The notes under the pieces were generated by a model, which saw nothing but the letters and a program-made list of their open reading frames with translations, ran no database searches and was not told where the DNA came from. From Octopus vulgaris (lineage: Eukaryota), in NCBI GenBank assembly GCA_951406725.2, contig OX597826.1:81716001-81780000 (forward strand): 64,000 bases of DNA. Reading direction: 5' to 3'. Below are positions 1 to 12,499 of the stretch, one piece after another. The translations under genes and the position numbers were made by a program. Position 1 is the stretch's first letter. Every line of letters starts with the position of its first letter.

Positions 1-1167
1 CGTCGCTGTGTACTTGCGCGCGCGATGTCAGTGGATGCCTGTGTATGTAATATGTAAGTGTGTACATACATATATATGTGTGTTTGTATGTGTCAATATA
101 TATATAGACATACATACATTATTGCAATTGCTATAATATGCTACATGTATGAGTTTATTTATATACGTATGCTTATGGACGTTTGTGCATCCATACATAA
201 ATTTATAATAAATTGTATTCGATAAATTACTTCAATTATTCCCCTCTGGATGTGAAAGAAGATTTCTCTAATGATATAATATAATTAAACTTTAAAGAAT
301 TTGCAAACTTTTCCAGTCTGTTCAATATTTTGGCTGCGATGTTGTTCCACTGTTTTTTGAACTGATTATTCTCATTATATTTATGATTAGAGAAATATTT
401 CGATAACTAAACATTTCACATGTTTTCTGGAAGATAAAATATCATAATTTAACGATTTATTGTTTGTTAGTTTGTGAATTATTAAAAAGAATCTAATATT
501 ATTAGACGTAGATTTAAAAAAGATAAATACAATAAAATAAACGAACAAAACAAAGCAAAAATAAAAACCATTATGGCAATGATGATGATGATGATGATCT
601 TGACGATTATGTCGATGTCGACGATGATAATGATAACAATGATGATGATGGTAGTGATGACGATTGCAATGAGAGGGTGAAGGTAATGGTCATGATAATC
701 ATAATGGTCGTGGTGTCGATGATGGTGATGGTGATGCTGAGGTTAATGGTAAAGATAAAACTTATAATAGGATGATAATATCGGGTGATGCACTCGCAGA
801 ATCCTCAAAATGCTTTGTTTGGTTTGTTTTGGTTCTCTACGTTTCGAATTGCAATTCAACCGACGCCATCTTTGCCTTTTTCTCGATCACTTGAGGAGGC
901 ATTTACGTCTGTGTTGGCTCCCTTACAGAAATCGGGTGAGCATCAGTAATTTACAAGATTTGAAGGGATCTCCTGTTCCCTTCTAATATGGAGGGCTGTG
1001 TAAATATGAATATAGTTTTGCAAACTTGAAGCTTCTTCTCTGGTGAATTACTTAATTTCTTATTTCTTTATTGCCCACAATGGGCTAAACGTAGAGGGGA
1101 CAGACAAAGAGATTAAGTCGATTATATCGACCCCAGTGGATAACTGGTACTTAATTTATCGAGTAGT

Positions 1168-1512
1168 CCACTCCGCTCAAAAGGTTCCTGAATAAGGGTT
1201 GTTTAAAGATGTTGAACGAAACAACCATGTTTTCAAAGGTGAATTATTCAAACCCCAAAGAATTACAACACATAGCTATGACCCTTCCCCATACTTCTGC
1301 TCGTGCTCGGAGATGCACTCATCGTTAACCAATAAGGGATATATGCTCAACTAGTTAAGATCAAACAACTGACAAGCAAATTTGTGGATTGGAGCAGAAT
1401 ATTTGCTGAAGCCCATCTTTTACCCAAAGACCAAACAATATGCATGATAACTCTTCCAATCACTTAAGATCAAAAGCCATGAGAATCACAGCCTGGTACT
1501 GCATTAGGGCAT
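1168..1512 (-). repeat. Interspersed non-coding repeat beginning TGCCCT.ATGCAGTACCAGGC, adjacent to (AAT)n
   Basis: Homologous 5' pieces lie at 6819-6950 (+) and 27130-27175 (+), each directly after an (AAT)n tract. Confidence 0.7.
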
Positions 1513-1559
1513 TTATTAATAGTATCATCATCATCATCATCATTATTATTATTATTATT

Positions 1560-1910
1560 TATTGTCTTTGCATAGCTTCTATCGCTGAAGATGTGCTACG
1601 TTGCCACCTGTTCACTACCAGTGAACTAAGGTAACACTCCTTATTTTTCGAGTACCATCTGGAGTATTCGAGCGGTGCTGTTTTCTGCAAGTGCTCCACC
1701 CTTATTGCAGCCCCTATTTGTTCCATGTACTTCTCAAGAATTTTACTTACAATTCTTAAGGCTCTGATAATTATTGGTACTACAACCACTTTTTTCATCG
1801 ACCACAACTGCTTAACCTCCCAAGCTAACCTGTCATATCTATCGACTTTTCTTTCTTCCTTATCGCGTTGTCAGCTGGGAATGCTATATCTGTGATCCAG
1901 CATCGTTTGC
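1560..1910 (-). mobile_element. R4/Dong-like RLE retrotransposon, 3' fragment
   Basis: LWSMKKVVVVPIIIRALRIVSKILEKYMEQIGAAIRVEHLQKTAPL is the C-terminal RLE region; it ends in an (AAT)n-type tail at 1520-1560. Confidence 0.75.
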
Positions 1911-2139
1911 TGTTATTATTACTGCTGTTTCTACTTTTAAATTGCACCTTTGTTACAGTCACTCGCTCAGACACGCCCAGCGTCCTGGGCCGAGCGAAGG
2001 ATAAGAGATGTTATAATATGACTGAAAGCTTGAGGGTCAAATGTTTCACAGAATGTGCATTTAGGGTCAGAACCGTTTTGAAGGACGTTAGCCTGGTAGT
2101 ATTTTTGTGAGCATGTTTTGGTCTTGTGCTGCCAATATG

Positions 2140-2935
2140 AAACCTTCAGTCTCTGCTTTCAGTCCTGAACCTCTCGGCTACTGATGGCTTGTTGCCTGAT
2201 CTACATCAATATTTTGGCTTCGAAGTATATACTGTCCATGCAGAGGCTTCTGGCGCCATCGCTTCTCAATTTATTTCTGTCCCTTTTGTTTTTTTGCAGT
2301 CCTGCTCGATCCATTTTGCTTGTTTTGTGGCAATGGTTTCAGGTTTTTCAACTATTTTTGAGTTAATGCCAAGCTTCCTTCATAATCGAATGTGACTTTT
2401 TGCTGCTTTCGTGTTTGCACACAAATCGCTGCGTCCACTCCTCTGTACTAGATAAATACCTGTTCATTGCTATTGTGGAGGACTTATAGCACAGTTCTAC
2501 CTGCATTATTTCTCTTCCCCCATTACTTCTAGGTAGGTACAGACGATCAGCATCTGCTTTTGCGGCGTGCATATTCTTTTACTTGTCTTCTTGCCCAGGC
2601 GTTGGAGCTCTGTAAGATTCCAGTTAAAGATGTTAAAACTGTATTGGACTACTGGAAGTACCAGGGTATTGATGGCTTCGATGCGATTTTAGAGTTGAGT
2701 TCAGTTTTTAGTATGAGTCTTATTCTATAATATTTCTTTCTTATTTTTCCTTCATAGTATCATGTTGTATACCGTCTCCTTCGTTTATCCCCAGGTATTT
2801 GTAACTCTCCTGTGAGTCAAACTCCTTGATAGTAGTATCGGTACCCAATTTAACGGAAGCTGTTTGCCTGAGCTTGCCCCCCTACAGTAGTTGCTTTAAC
2901 ACACTTATCAAGGCCAAAGTCCATCCTGAAACCAC
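2140..2935 (-). mobile_element. R4/Dong-like fragment (RT end and thumb), decayed
   Basis: MDFGLDKCVKA, ESYKYLGINEGDGIQHDTMKEK and KADADRLYLPRSNGGR, with frameshifts; begins at an (AAT)n tract. Confidence 0.8.
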
Positions 2936-3245
2936 CATTATTATTATTATTATTAATGTTCAATACCTCCGTTGAACATTTCTTGGTAAGTGCGTGTGCT
3001 TGTGTCTTTTCTTTCTCTTCCTGAAGGCTTGCTTGTGGTAATTCTAATTGCGCTATCTTGTTATTAAGTCGATCTGGATTTTTAGAGACCGTTCCGTTGC
3101 ATGCGCCAAGTGGCAACATTTTGAAAGACCGAACTTTTTTTCACATCAAAAGAGAAATTTCAGAACAGCTTCCATGCTTCTCACTGACCGACAAGCATGA
3201 GAGGAAGATGCATAGTTATATGCAGGAGAAGCTGTCAGTTGAAAC

Positions 3246-3246
3246 C

Positions 3247-3299
<53 letters not shown>

Positions 3300-3315
3300 C
3301 CTGTCTACCTACTGG

Positions 3316-3366
<51 letters not shown>

Positions 3367-3383
3367 GTCTGTCTACCTACTGG

Positions 3384-3434
<51 letters not shown>

Positions 3435-3470
3435 GTCTGTCTATCTATCTATCTACCTACTTGCCTAGCT
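3246..3470. repeat. (ATCT)n microsatellite with a duplicated interruption
   Basis: Direct reading of the sequence. Confidence 0.95.
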
Positions 3471-3575
3471 AACTGCCTGTCTGTCCATTTATCTATGCGG
3501 GTGTGTACATCATGCCAGTATGTTTTGGTGTGAGCGTGTTCTAGAACAGTCATGCGAAGATATCCGTTGTCTTAC

Positions 3576-3700
3576 CTAAGTACAATTCTGCATAGTCCTT
3601 CATACATCCGATGGAATATTCGATATCTGAATCTCTGACATCAAGATACAATTTTCCAGACCGGCTTCCAGAGTTGATTAACCATGAACATGACAAGTTA
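3576..3700 (-). CDS. CUB-domain gene exon 5 (middle of CUB-B), 125 bp, phase 2-1
   Basis: atttgcag|TAACT...TTAG|gtaaga; NLSCSWLINSGSRSGKLYLDVRDSDIEYSIGCMKDYAELYL(G). Same length and phases as exon 2. Confidence 0.9.
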
Positions 3701-3721
3701 CTGCAAATAAATAAGTAAATA

Positions 3722-3771
<50 letters not shown>

Positions 3772-3772
<1 letters not shown>

Positions 3773-5590
3773 GTTATTGGATGAAGAGGCTGAGAGGGCT
3801 CAATGAAAGGATAGTGCAACAGCTAGGTAAGAGCTTGCAGGCAGGAGCAGTACCCAGCTGGATGACAAAGAGAAAGACATTGTTATGTGTCAAGGATCCT
3901 GAAAAGGGAAATGCTGCACCCAACTTTAATAACGTGCCTTCCGCTAATGTGGAATTTAATGTCAGGTGCTTTGGCCGGTGAACTGTATAGATACTTGGTA
4001 AAATGTGGGCTGCTGCCTATTGAATAGAAAGGGTGCCAAAAGCGGAGCCGGGGAACGAAGGATCAGCCCTTAATTGATAATCTACTTATCAAGAACTGCA
4101 AGAGATACACAAACCTGAGTATTGCATGGATTGACTATCGTAACGCATACGATGTGATACCACACACCTGGATAGCAACACTGGAAATTTATAGAGTCGC
4201 AGAAAATATGAGAAGCCTTATATGGAATAACATGAAGTGCTGGGGAACGAGATTGACAGCAGGCAGGGAATCAAATATTAGGAGGGGTGAACATCAAGAG
4301 AGGAATATTCCAGGGGGACAGTATGTCCCTACCGATCTTCGCGCTGGGAATGATTCCCTTGAGTCAAATTCTGTAGAAAGCATAGTTAGGGTAGGTTCTG
4401 GGAAGGGGTAAGGGAAAGCTGAAGCACTTGCTATTCATGGACGACCTGAAGCTATTCACAAAAGCTGGAGCAGAACTGGACAGCCTAGTCCAGTCTGTGC
4501 GGATTTTCTCTAATGATATTAAGAAGGAGTTTGGGCTCTCAAAATATGCTACGATGGTAATGAGACGAGGAAAGCTTGTCAGGACTGAAAGCACATGTCT
4601 GGCAAGTGTTGAAATGATGAAGGCAATTCAACCTCAATCCAGTTATAAATACTTGAGAATACTTGAGGTAGATGAAGTCAAACGCAACGACATGAAGGAA
4701 AAGACAAAGAAGGGTAGCTGTAGTGAGGGAGAATAATATTGGCTTCAAGGCTGAATGCCAGAAACAATTTCGGCAATGAAGTCGCGCGCTTGCGTATCAA
4801 ATTCGAGAGCTTAATGAGATACCTGACCGAAAGCAAGGAAACCTTACTAGTGACAGTTAGGACTGAGGGAGTATTGACAGCGGAGAAAACTGGCAAAACA
4901 AAGGAAGAAGTACAAAAACGACATGAAGAAGAATTACGCTACAAGGGACAGAAGTTTCTGGAAAAAAGGTAGGATTGGCTGACGAAAGGAACAATAAAAA
5001 AAGACTGAGGGCGCACCACTGGCGGCGCAAGACCCTGCTTTTACCACGAAGTGGAGGGTGAATCTTAGGAATGATCAAGTGTCTCCGCTGTGCCACATCT
5101 GTGATTGGGTGGATGAAACAATTGCCCATATCAAGAACGAATGCCATATACTTGCGCAAAACAACAAGTTGCGGCAACACGATCAAGTAGCGAAAGTGCT
5201 ACACTGGAAACTGTGCAAAACATGGGGACAAGAGAAATGCAAGACGTGGTATGAGCAGAAAGCGCAGAAAGTGGCGGAGTCGGGGACAAGCAAAATCCTC
5301 TTGGATTCCTCAATCTACATTGATGAGGTGCTAGAGCCTAACAGATCGGATCCGTTCGTTGTTGGGTCCTTGGGAACAGTATCAGAAGGCATCAAGAGGA
5401 ATATAAAAGAAATTGGAATAGAGTGCCCAGTAGAACTGTTACAAAAGGTTTGCATCCTTGGCATGGCCAGAATAATCAGGAAAGTATTAGATAGATGAAA
5501 AGAATGGATAGCATGGTACCGTAGGCTGCGGGTAGCCGGTCCGCTACACATGCAAGACTCCAGGACCTCCATCAAAACCTTTGATAAAAA
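3772..5590 (+). mobile_element. R4/Dong-like RLE retrotransposon, 5'-truncated, decayed
   Basis: [45 protein letters not shown]...HDQVAKVLHWKLC zinc knuckle and LQKVCILGMARIIRKVL. (AAT)n flanks both sides. Confidence 0.88.
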
Positions 5591-5602
5591 GTGATGATGA
5601 TG

Positions 5603-5637
<35 letters not shown>

Positions 5638-6752
5638 TTCAAATTTTGCCAGAAGGACAGCAATTTTGGGGGAGGGGGTATTAGTCGATTTACATCCAGT
5701 GTTCAACTGGTACTTATTTATCGACCTCGAAAGGATGAACGGTAAACAGAATTTGAACTGATAACGTACTGGCAGACGAAATACCTATTTCTTTACTACC
5801 CACAAGGGGCTAAACACAAAGGGGACAAACAAGGACAGACAAACGGATTAAGTCGATTACATTGACCCCAGTGCGTAACTGGTCCTTAATTTATCGACCG
5901 AAAGGATGAAAGGCAAAGTCGACCTCGGCGGAATTTGAACTCAGAAAGTAGCGGCAGACGAAATACCCATTTCTTTACTACCCACAAGAGGCTAAACACA
6001 GAGGAGATAAACAAGGACAGACAGACGGATCAAATCGATTATATCGACCTCAGTGCGTAACTGATACTTAATTTATCGACCCCGAAAGGATGAAAGGCAA
6101 AGTCGAACTCGGCGGAATTTGAACTCAGAACGTAGCGGCAGACGAAATACCTATTTCTTTACTACCCACAAGAGGCTAAACACAGAGGAGATAAACAAGG
6201 ACAGACAGACGGATCAAATCGATTATATCGACCTCAGTGCGTAACTGATACTTAATTTAACGACCCCGAAAGGATGAAAGGCAAAGTCGAACTCGGCGGA
6301 ATTTGAACTCAGAACGTAGCGGCAGACGAAATACCTATTTCTTTACTACCCACAAGAGGCTAAACACAGAGGAGATAAACAAGGACAGACAGACGGATCA
6401 AATCGATTATATCGACCTCAGTGCGTAACTGATACTTAATTTAACGACCCCGAAAGGATGAAAGGCAAAGTCGAACTCGGCGGAATTTGAACTCAGAACG
6501 TAGCGGCAGACGAAATACCTATTTCTTTACTACCCACAAGAGGCTAAACACAGAGGAGATAAACAAGGACAGACAGACGGATTAAGTCAATTATATCGAC
6601 CTCCAGTGCGTAACTGGTACTTATTCAATCGACCCCGAAAGGATGAAAGGCGAAGTCGACCTCGGCGGAATTTGAACTCAGAACGTAATGGCAGACCAAA
6701 TACCGCTAAGCATTTCGTCTGGCTTGATAACGATTCTGCCAGTTCACCGCCT
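5638..6752 (-). repeat. Tandem concatemer of a tRNA-headed SINE (Meta/Sauria-like core), five ~184-bp units
   Basis: GGCAGAC unit starts at 5771, 5953, 6137, 6321, 6505 and 6690. A single head lies at 6690-6752. Core: GTCGACTTTGCCTTTCATCCTTTCGGGGTCGATAAA. Confidence 0.9.
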
Positions 6753-6758
6753 TAATAA

Positions 6759-6818
<60 letters not shown>

Positions 6819-6949
6819 TGCCCTGAAGCAATATCAGGCAGTGGTTCTCATGTTAACTGATTGGAAGTGTTATGTACATTGTTTTGTCTTGGTATAAAAG
6901 ATTGGCTACAGCAAATAAACTGCTCAATACCACAGATTTACTTGTCAGC

Positions 6950-7110
6950 TGCCAAAGAAAGTTTGTCTCTTAGAGACAACAAGGATTATCAAGAGAGTTC
7001 TAAGCACCTGAAAGACTAGTGAAAACTTGTGAATAACTAGGGTCACAGGTAGAAACCCGCTATCTACATAATACCTACCTCGAATAAAACCGAACCTGAG
7101 CCAAACCAAA
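6950..7110 (+). mobile_element. R4/Dong-like extreme 3' end
   Basis: CLLETTRIIKRVLST* followed by a short UTR and an (ACT)n/(AAT)n tail. Confidence 0.6.
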
Positions 7111-7122
7111 ATACTACTACTG

Positions 7123-7170
<48 letters not shown>

Positions 7171-7195
7171 ATAATAATAATAATAATAGTATTAT

Positions 7196-8450
7196 TAGAA
7201 TGGAATTTGGACTCAAGAAATGCAGAGTAATCGACCTAAAAAGAGGCAAGGTACAGTCCCTAGCAGGGATAGAATTAGCGAATAGAGACTTGATTATGCA
7301 AATTGAAACGAAAGGATACAGATAACGTGGTGTATTATATTACATCGAAATAATGGAATAAGAAATGAAAGAGCAACTGAGGATGGAGTATTTCCGAAGA
7401 CTGAGGTTGGTGCTGCACTCAAAATTGACTGGATGGAATAAAATCCAAGCAGTTAATAGGTGGGCGATAGTATCACTTCGGTGTGGGATGGGGAATTATA
7501 AAATAGCAACAGAGAGAAGTGAAGAAAATGGATACCTAGACCAGAAAAATGTTAAGAATGATACCGATAGGCTGTACTTCTACAGAAGAAAGGGTAGGAG
7601 AGGTCTGATCAGTTGCCAGGACTGTATCGAAATATCGAAGCAAAGAGAAACAGCCTGGAGTAGTATATAAATAATGCCGTGGCTATGGATGAGAAGGAGT
7701 GACTTGAATGTAGAGACAGAATCACTCATGTGCGCAGCTCAAGAACAAGCGTTAAGGACCAATTATATGAAGTGCAGAATTGACAACATCACCGATAGCA
7801 AAAAAATGCAGAGTGTGTGGCGAGAAGGGTGAAACGGTATGGCACAACGTTAGCGATTTCCAGAAATTGGTACAACGTGAATACAAAAGATGCCGTGACA
7901 ATGTGGTAAGAACGATCCATTGGGAGCTGTGTGGAAATCACGGCCTACAAAGAGCAAAGACGTGGTATGAACAAACCCCAGGAGGAGTCACTGAAAATGA
8001 GAACTACAAAATGCTGTGGGATGTAATGATACAGTGTGATCACATGACCAAATATAGGAAACTGGACATTGTTGTGGTAAATAAAAAAGAACATGTATGA
8101 TTATCGACATAGCATGCCCCGGAGACAACAGGATCAATGTGAAAGAAGAAGGAAAAATAAACTACTATGACGATTTAAAGTGGGAAATACAAAGGTTGTG
8201 GTCAATGAAGAGAGTAGACGTGGTACCAATGGTAATTGGAGAAACTGGAAGTATCAGCACTCAACTACCAACATGGCTGAAAGAGATCGGTGCAAGTGTG
8301 AAGGTAGAACACATACAGAAATCATCATTGCTTGGAACTGCAAGAATTCTTCGCAGGGCTCTTGAGGCATGACCAGTAAACACGTGTCACCTTAGTCTGC
8401 TGGCAGTGGACAGGTGACACTTTCCAGCACACCCAGCGAAATAATCTCCA
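7196..8450 (+). mobile_element. R4/Dong-like 3' half (thumb, CCHC, RLE), decayed
   Basis: MEFGLKKC, DRLYFYRRKGRRGLI, CRVCGEKGETVWH, IHWELC, LWDVMIQCDH, IIDIACPGD and QKSSLLGTARILRRAL*. Confidence 0.88.
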
Positions 8451-8459
8451 ATTATACCA

Positions 8460-9441
8460 CTGTAATGGAGAACTAACCATAAACAATATTAATATCAACT
8501 GCAGCATTTTCCAACGTGATTCACTTTCACCTCTAATTTTTTGCATAGCTCTAATGGACCTTACAAGTGAACTTAACAGAAAAGCGAAAAGGGGATCAAA
8601 TTGGCGACAGGAAAATAAGTCATCTATTTTACGTGGATGACTTAAAACTCAATGGCAAAAACGATAATGAGCTTGAAGGACTTCTGCGTGCGAAGGTCAC
8701 TTTCCAGAGAAGGAAAATGTAGGCCTCACATTCAGTGGTGTTGGATGTTGACACAGTCATAAAAGAACTCCAGCAGGAACATACTTACAAATACCTCAGA
8801 ATAAATGAGGGTTCTGGCATCCAGGATGCAAGCATGAAAGAGAAGGTCAGGAAGGAATGTTACAGGAGAGTTCGAGCAGTCATAAAATCCGAGTTAAGTG
8901 CACGTAACAAGCTGTTAGCAATAAGTTCCTTAGCAGTTCCGGTTGTTATTTACAGTTTCAATGTGTTGAACTGGAATATGAGCGAAATAAGGAAGATTAA
9001 TAGGAAAATCCGTAAGCTGCTGACTTGAAATTAGACGCACCACCTAAAGGCTGACGCAGATCGTCTTTACCTTCGCAGAATTCTAGGAGTTCGAGGCGTG
9101 AGCGAATTTGAAATCCCTTACAAAACCACCACAACTGGACTGGCAAAATATCTTGAAACATCTAACGATTGGATTCTAAAGATCGTTGCAAACCACAAGA
9201 GACGTAAGGAGCTTCATTCTGTTATGAAGTAGAGCAAAATATTTGCTAATGAGTGTATGTATAATACTCAGGTTGAACAGCATGATGGAAGTGCGGCAAT
9301 GTAGGTGCAAAGAAGATGAAAGCAAAGCAAAATGCGTTTGAACAATTGGCTGATAGGCGAGAACAAAAACCTCTGCATGGCAAATATGTGGTCCGTAGCA
9401 AAGAAGCTAATGTAGGCCAGAATCACAACCATCAGTTGCTA
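8460..9441 (+). mobile_element. Second R4/Dong-like RT fragment directly abutting the previous copy
   Basis: IFQRDSLSPLIFCIAL, SHLFYVDDLKL, TYKYLRINEGSGIQ, KADADRLYL and KPLHGKY. Confidence 0.85.
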
Positions 9442-9727
9442 CAAAGTCGACCTCGGCGGAATTTGAACTCAGAATGTAGCGACGGACGAAATACCGCTAA
9501 GCGAAATGCTTAGCGGACGAAATACCGCTAAGCGAAATGCTTAGCGGTATTTCGTCTGTCGCTACGTTCTGAGTTCAAGTTCCGCCGAGGTCGACTTTGC
9601 CTTTCATCCTTTCGAGGTCGATAAATAAAGTACCAGTTTCGCACTGGAGTCGATGTAATCGATTTAATCCGTTTGTCTATCCTTGTTTGTCCCCTCTATG
9701 TTTAGCCCCTTGTGGGTAATAAAGAAA
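9442..9727 (+). mobile_element. Meta-like SINE with an inverted (snap-back) 5' duplication
   Basis: 61-bp inverted arms at 9442-9502 and 9539-9599, followed by the normal SINE body and tail. Confidence 0.85.
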
Positions 9728-11084
9728 GATATATATATATATATATATATATATATGGTGCGAGAGGGAAACTGTTAGTAAGAGAGGAGTGATAGAGAGG
9801 GCAGAGAGAGAGAGAGGGAGAGAGAGAGAGAGAGTAAGAAAGATAATATTAATAATGCGGTTTCTTTTTGTTTAACTTTCTTCTTCAAATATGTTTCACC
9901 GGAGATGGGGAACGTTCAGTATCGAATATAAGTTATCAATTACAAATTATAAAATGAAAAATTAAAAGTGTTTTTTTTTCAAGTGAAGCATAATTAATGC
10001 CAATACGTTTTTAATGATTTGGTGTCTGGAAGAGATCCGATTCTTCGAGATAAGGTTGTAAAAGGTGATAAATGAATGAAATAAACAAAAATATCTATAT
10101 TTTGTTTCTAGTCAATATCGGTTTATTTTTCTGCTTGTTTTCATTTCGCTGCCATTGTTGTGTTGTTGTCTAGCTTTAAACGTTTAAGTAGAATGACAAC
10201 CGTCGGAAGTTTTATAGTAGAAGTCTTCTGACCTACAGTTGGCGGATAGTAATTAACTCAAATACTTAGAGACGAGGTTTTTCACGTTTCGAATGAAGGA
10301 GGGCATCAATATGCTTCTCTTTGAAGGCTTTCCGAGACACACGGGGAAAAGCGGGAAGGAAGTTTCCTCACTTGCCCTCCTCCGGTTTAAATGCATCGGT
10401 GTCGATGTCTGCAGATGTATCCTCGGTCCGAGTAATGCTGCTAAACCCAGGAGTTGATTGGCCTAAAACTGGTGATTTATTATGCCTTCCGCCAAGGAGG
10501 AAGATATAAACTACCGTAGCAGCTAGTCAAGCAATGGGGCCCACTTTGCAAATACACATACATACATACATACATACATACATACATACTCGAGCATATA
10601 TACATATATAGACATAAACTTGCACAGAATATACGTATAGAATGAGATAAGATGGCATACGCTCAAAGGCACTCACACACACACGCATGCACACATCTAA
10701 AGAATAAAAAGAAATATATCGCCCCCAGTTTCGACGGTATGTATTCCAGTTATTTAAGTAACTGTTCTGCCTCCATATTGAAATATGACGGCTGAGTATT
10801 TCGTAGACTTTAGTACTTTTTAATTCGCTGATTGAATCAGTGTGACAATGTGGGACAGAACTGGAATTTTGAATGAGAGTTAAATGCATTCGATGAGTTT
10901 CAAAACAATTTCACAATTTCCCCCCCCCCCCGCTCGCAGTTTTTGGGTCGATCCGTGTCTGTCAAAATGAAGAATGCCATTGCGTTGCCTCAAAACTAGG
11001 ACTTTACTATTATGAAATGAAATTCGCACTCACATTCACATTGCTATTGATGTATATATTCGGACGCACAGACACAGACACAAC

Positions 11085-11930
11085 CTTGCAAAAGGCCACG
11101 AGCTCTCGTAGCGCAGGGTCTCTTCCAATTTTCACGCTATGTCGCACAGCAATTTTTCCGTCTTCGTTTTCCGGTTGATGCTAATCACACAGCAGTTTCT
11201 TCATGCTGATGACTGGTTGCTCTAAGATGTAAATATCCATCTTTCCTTCCATCACAACGTCTTCGAAACTTCTAAGTTTCTAAGGATTTCTAAGTGTCTT
11301 ATCCGAATATGTTGCTTTTTTGCAGTTTTTCTTTCTTCTCACATTTGACTTGCATATAACACCATCGATAGATTCTGATGTAGATATCCTGCGTGGATCA
11401 GATTTTGTACATTCACTGAAATACTGCTGTCGTCTTTCCGACCCTGCGCTTGACATCGGCCCCACCGTCTACTTTACTGCAGTGAACAAGTAGTGCTGGT
11501 AGGCCAACGTCTTCGACAGCCTGCTCACCTCAATAATATGTTTATGAATAAAGAGAAAAGAACGGAGTCTAAGGATAGTAGCGATTGCCGCATTGCAAAG
11601 CATTCTTTTAAGAAGTTTTTAAATTTGGAGAAGTTAGTTTACCAAGAACGACAGAATATTCTCATAGTTTGGGAGCAAGATCTCTACATATTGGAAATAT
11701 ATGATTTCAAAAAAAAAAATCTTTCGTCCAGAGGATAGTTTTCTTGTAGTACGTCCCGAATATCCGAATATCCTTCAGCACAGCAATCAGGAACGTCTCC
11801 ATATAACAATGTACTCCGTATTTTTACCGCAAGACTTTTTCCTTGACGATGTAAATATAGTAAACAGTAACCTGTATGTTGTATTATCGCAGTGAAATCC
11901 GAGCCTTTACTTCCAAACCGAAACACTAAA
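11085..11930 (-). mobile_element. RTE-clade LINE relic
   Basis: Minus-strand DGGADVKRRVGKTTAVFQ*MYKI*ST resembles the RTE post-RT motif, and the 3' end RELVA resembles the RTE WRxLV motif. Heavily decayed; boundaries approximate. Confidence 0.55.
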
Positions 11931-11992
11931 ACACATTATGGTTGAGAGGTAAGGATTAATTTCAAAGAGAAAAAACATTGTTACATTCTTAC

Positions 11993-12080
11993 CTTGCGTA
12001 AAAGTGAGGATAGTTAGGAGTGGTCAAGTACTGGATACTTGGGTAGGCTGTTAGCTTTGTGACACCAGAGCAGTTAACAC
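11993..12080 (-). CDS. CUB-domain gene exon 4 (N-terminal third of CUB-B), 88 bp, phase 1-2
   Basis: cttcttcag|GTGTT...GCAAG|gtaaga; (G)VNCSGVTKLTAYPSIQYLTTPNYPHFYA(S) has the C...LTTPNYP..Y motif and is in frame with exons 3 and 5. Confidence 0.88.
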
Positions 12081-12499
12081 CTGAAGAAGAGAGAGGCACG
12101 GTTTTATTAAAATAAAATAGAAGAGAAATAGACGACAAATTAATAATGTGATAAAATGGCATGGAATTATGTATGTGTGCGTGGGTGCAATGTTATGTGT
12201 GTGTGTATGTGCACGCTCGTATGTGTGTGTTAAAACAAACATGGTAAACAGAACTCAATATATGAATTCATTTACTTTTTCAGTTTTTAATCAGCAGAAA
12301 GTTATCTGTAACAGATTCCCGCATGGAACTTATCAGTTTGCTAAGCGTCTTGCACGAAACCTCGTTTTCCTTCGGACACTGTAATTATCTTCCATTTAAA
12401 GTGTGTGTGTCCAGTGGGTTTAAGGAAGGCATCTATATACCGTGCCCGTGCCTTGGCACCCGCTAAAGGAAGCGTCACCGTTGTGTCGTTTAGTTTGCC

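Noticed and set aside
5771-6690. Regularly spaced repeat as a possible CRISPR array
   Set aside because: Whole 184-bp units are near-identical with no unique spacers, there are no cas genes, and the context is eukaryotic.
10360-10525. Minus-strand peptide ATVVYIFLLGGRHNK...EEGK* resembling a TM end and cytoplasmic tail
   Set aside because: There is no convincing acceptor, the hydrophobic stretch is too short, and it lies between two exons of the same CUB domain.
11684-11926. 80-aa ORF after a ttttag acceptor just downstream of exon 4
   Set aside because: No CUB motifs, and it lies within the decayed RTE-like relic.
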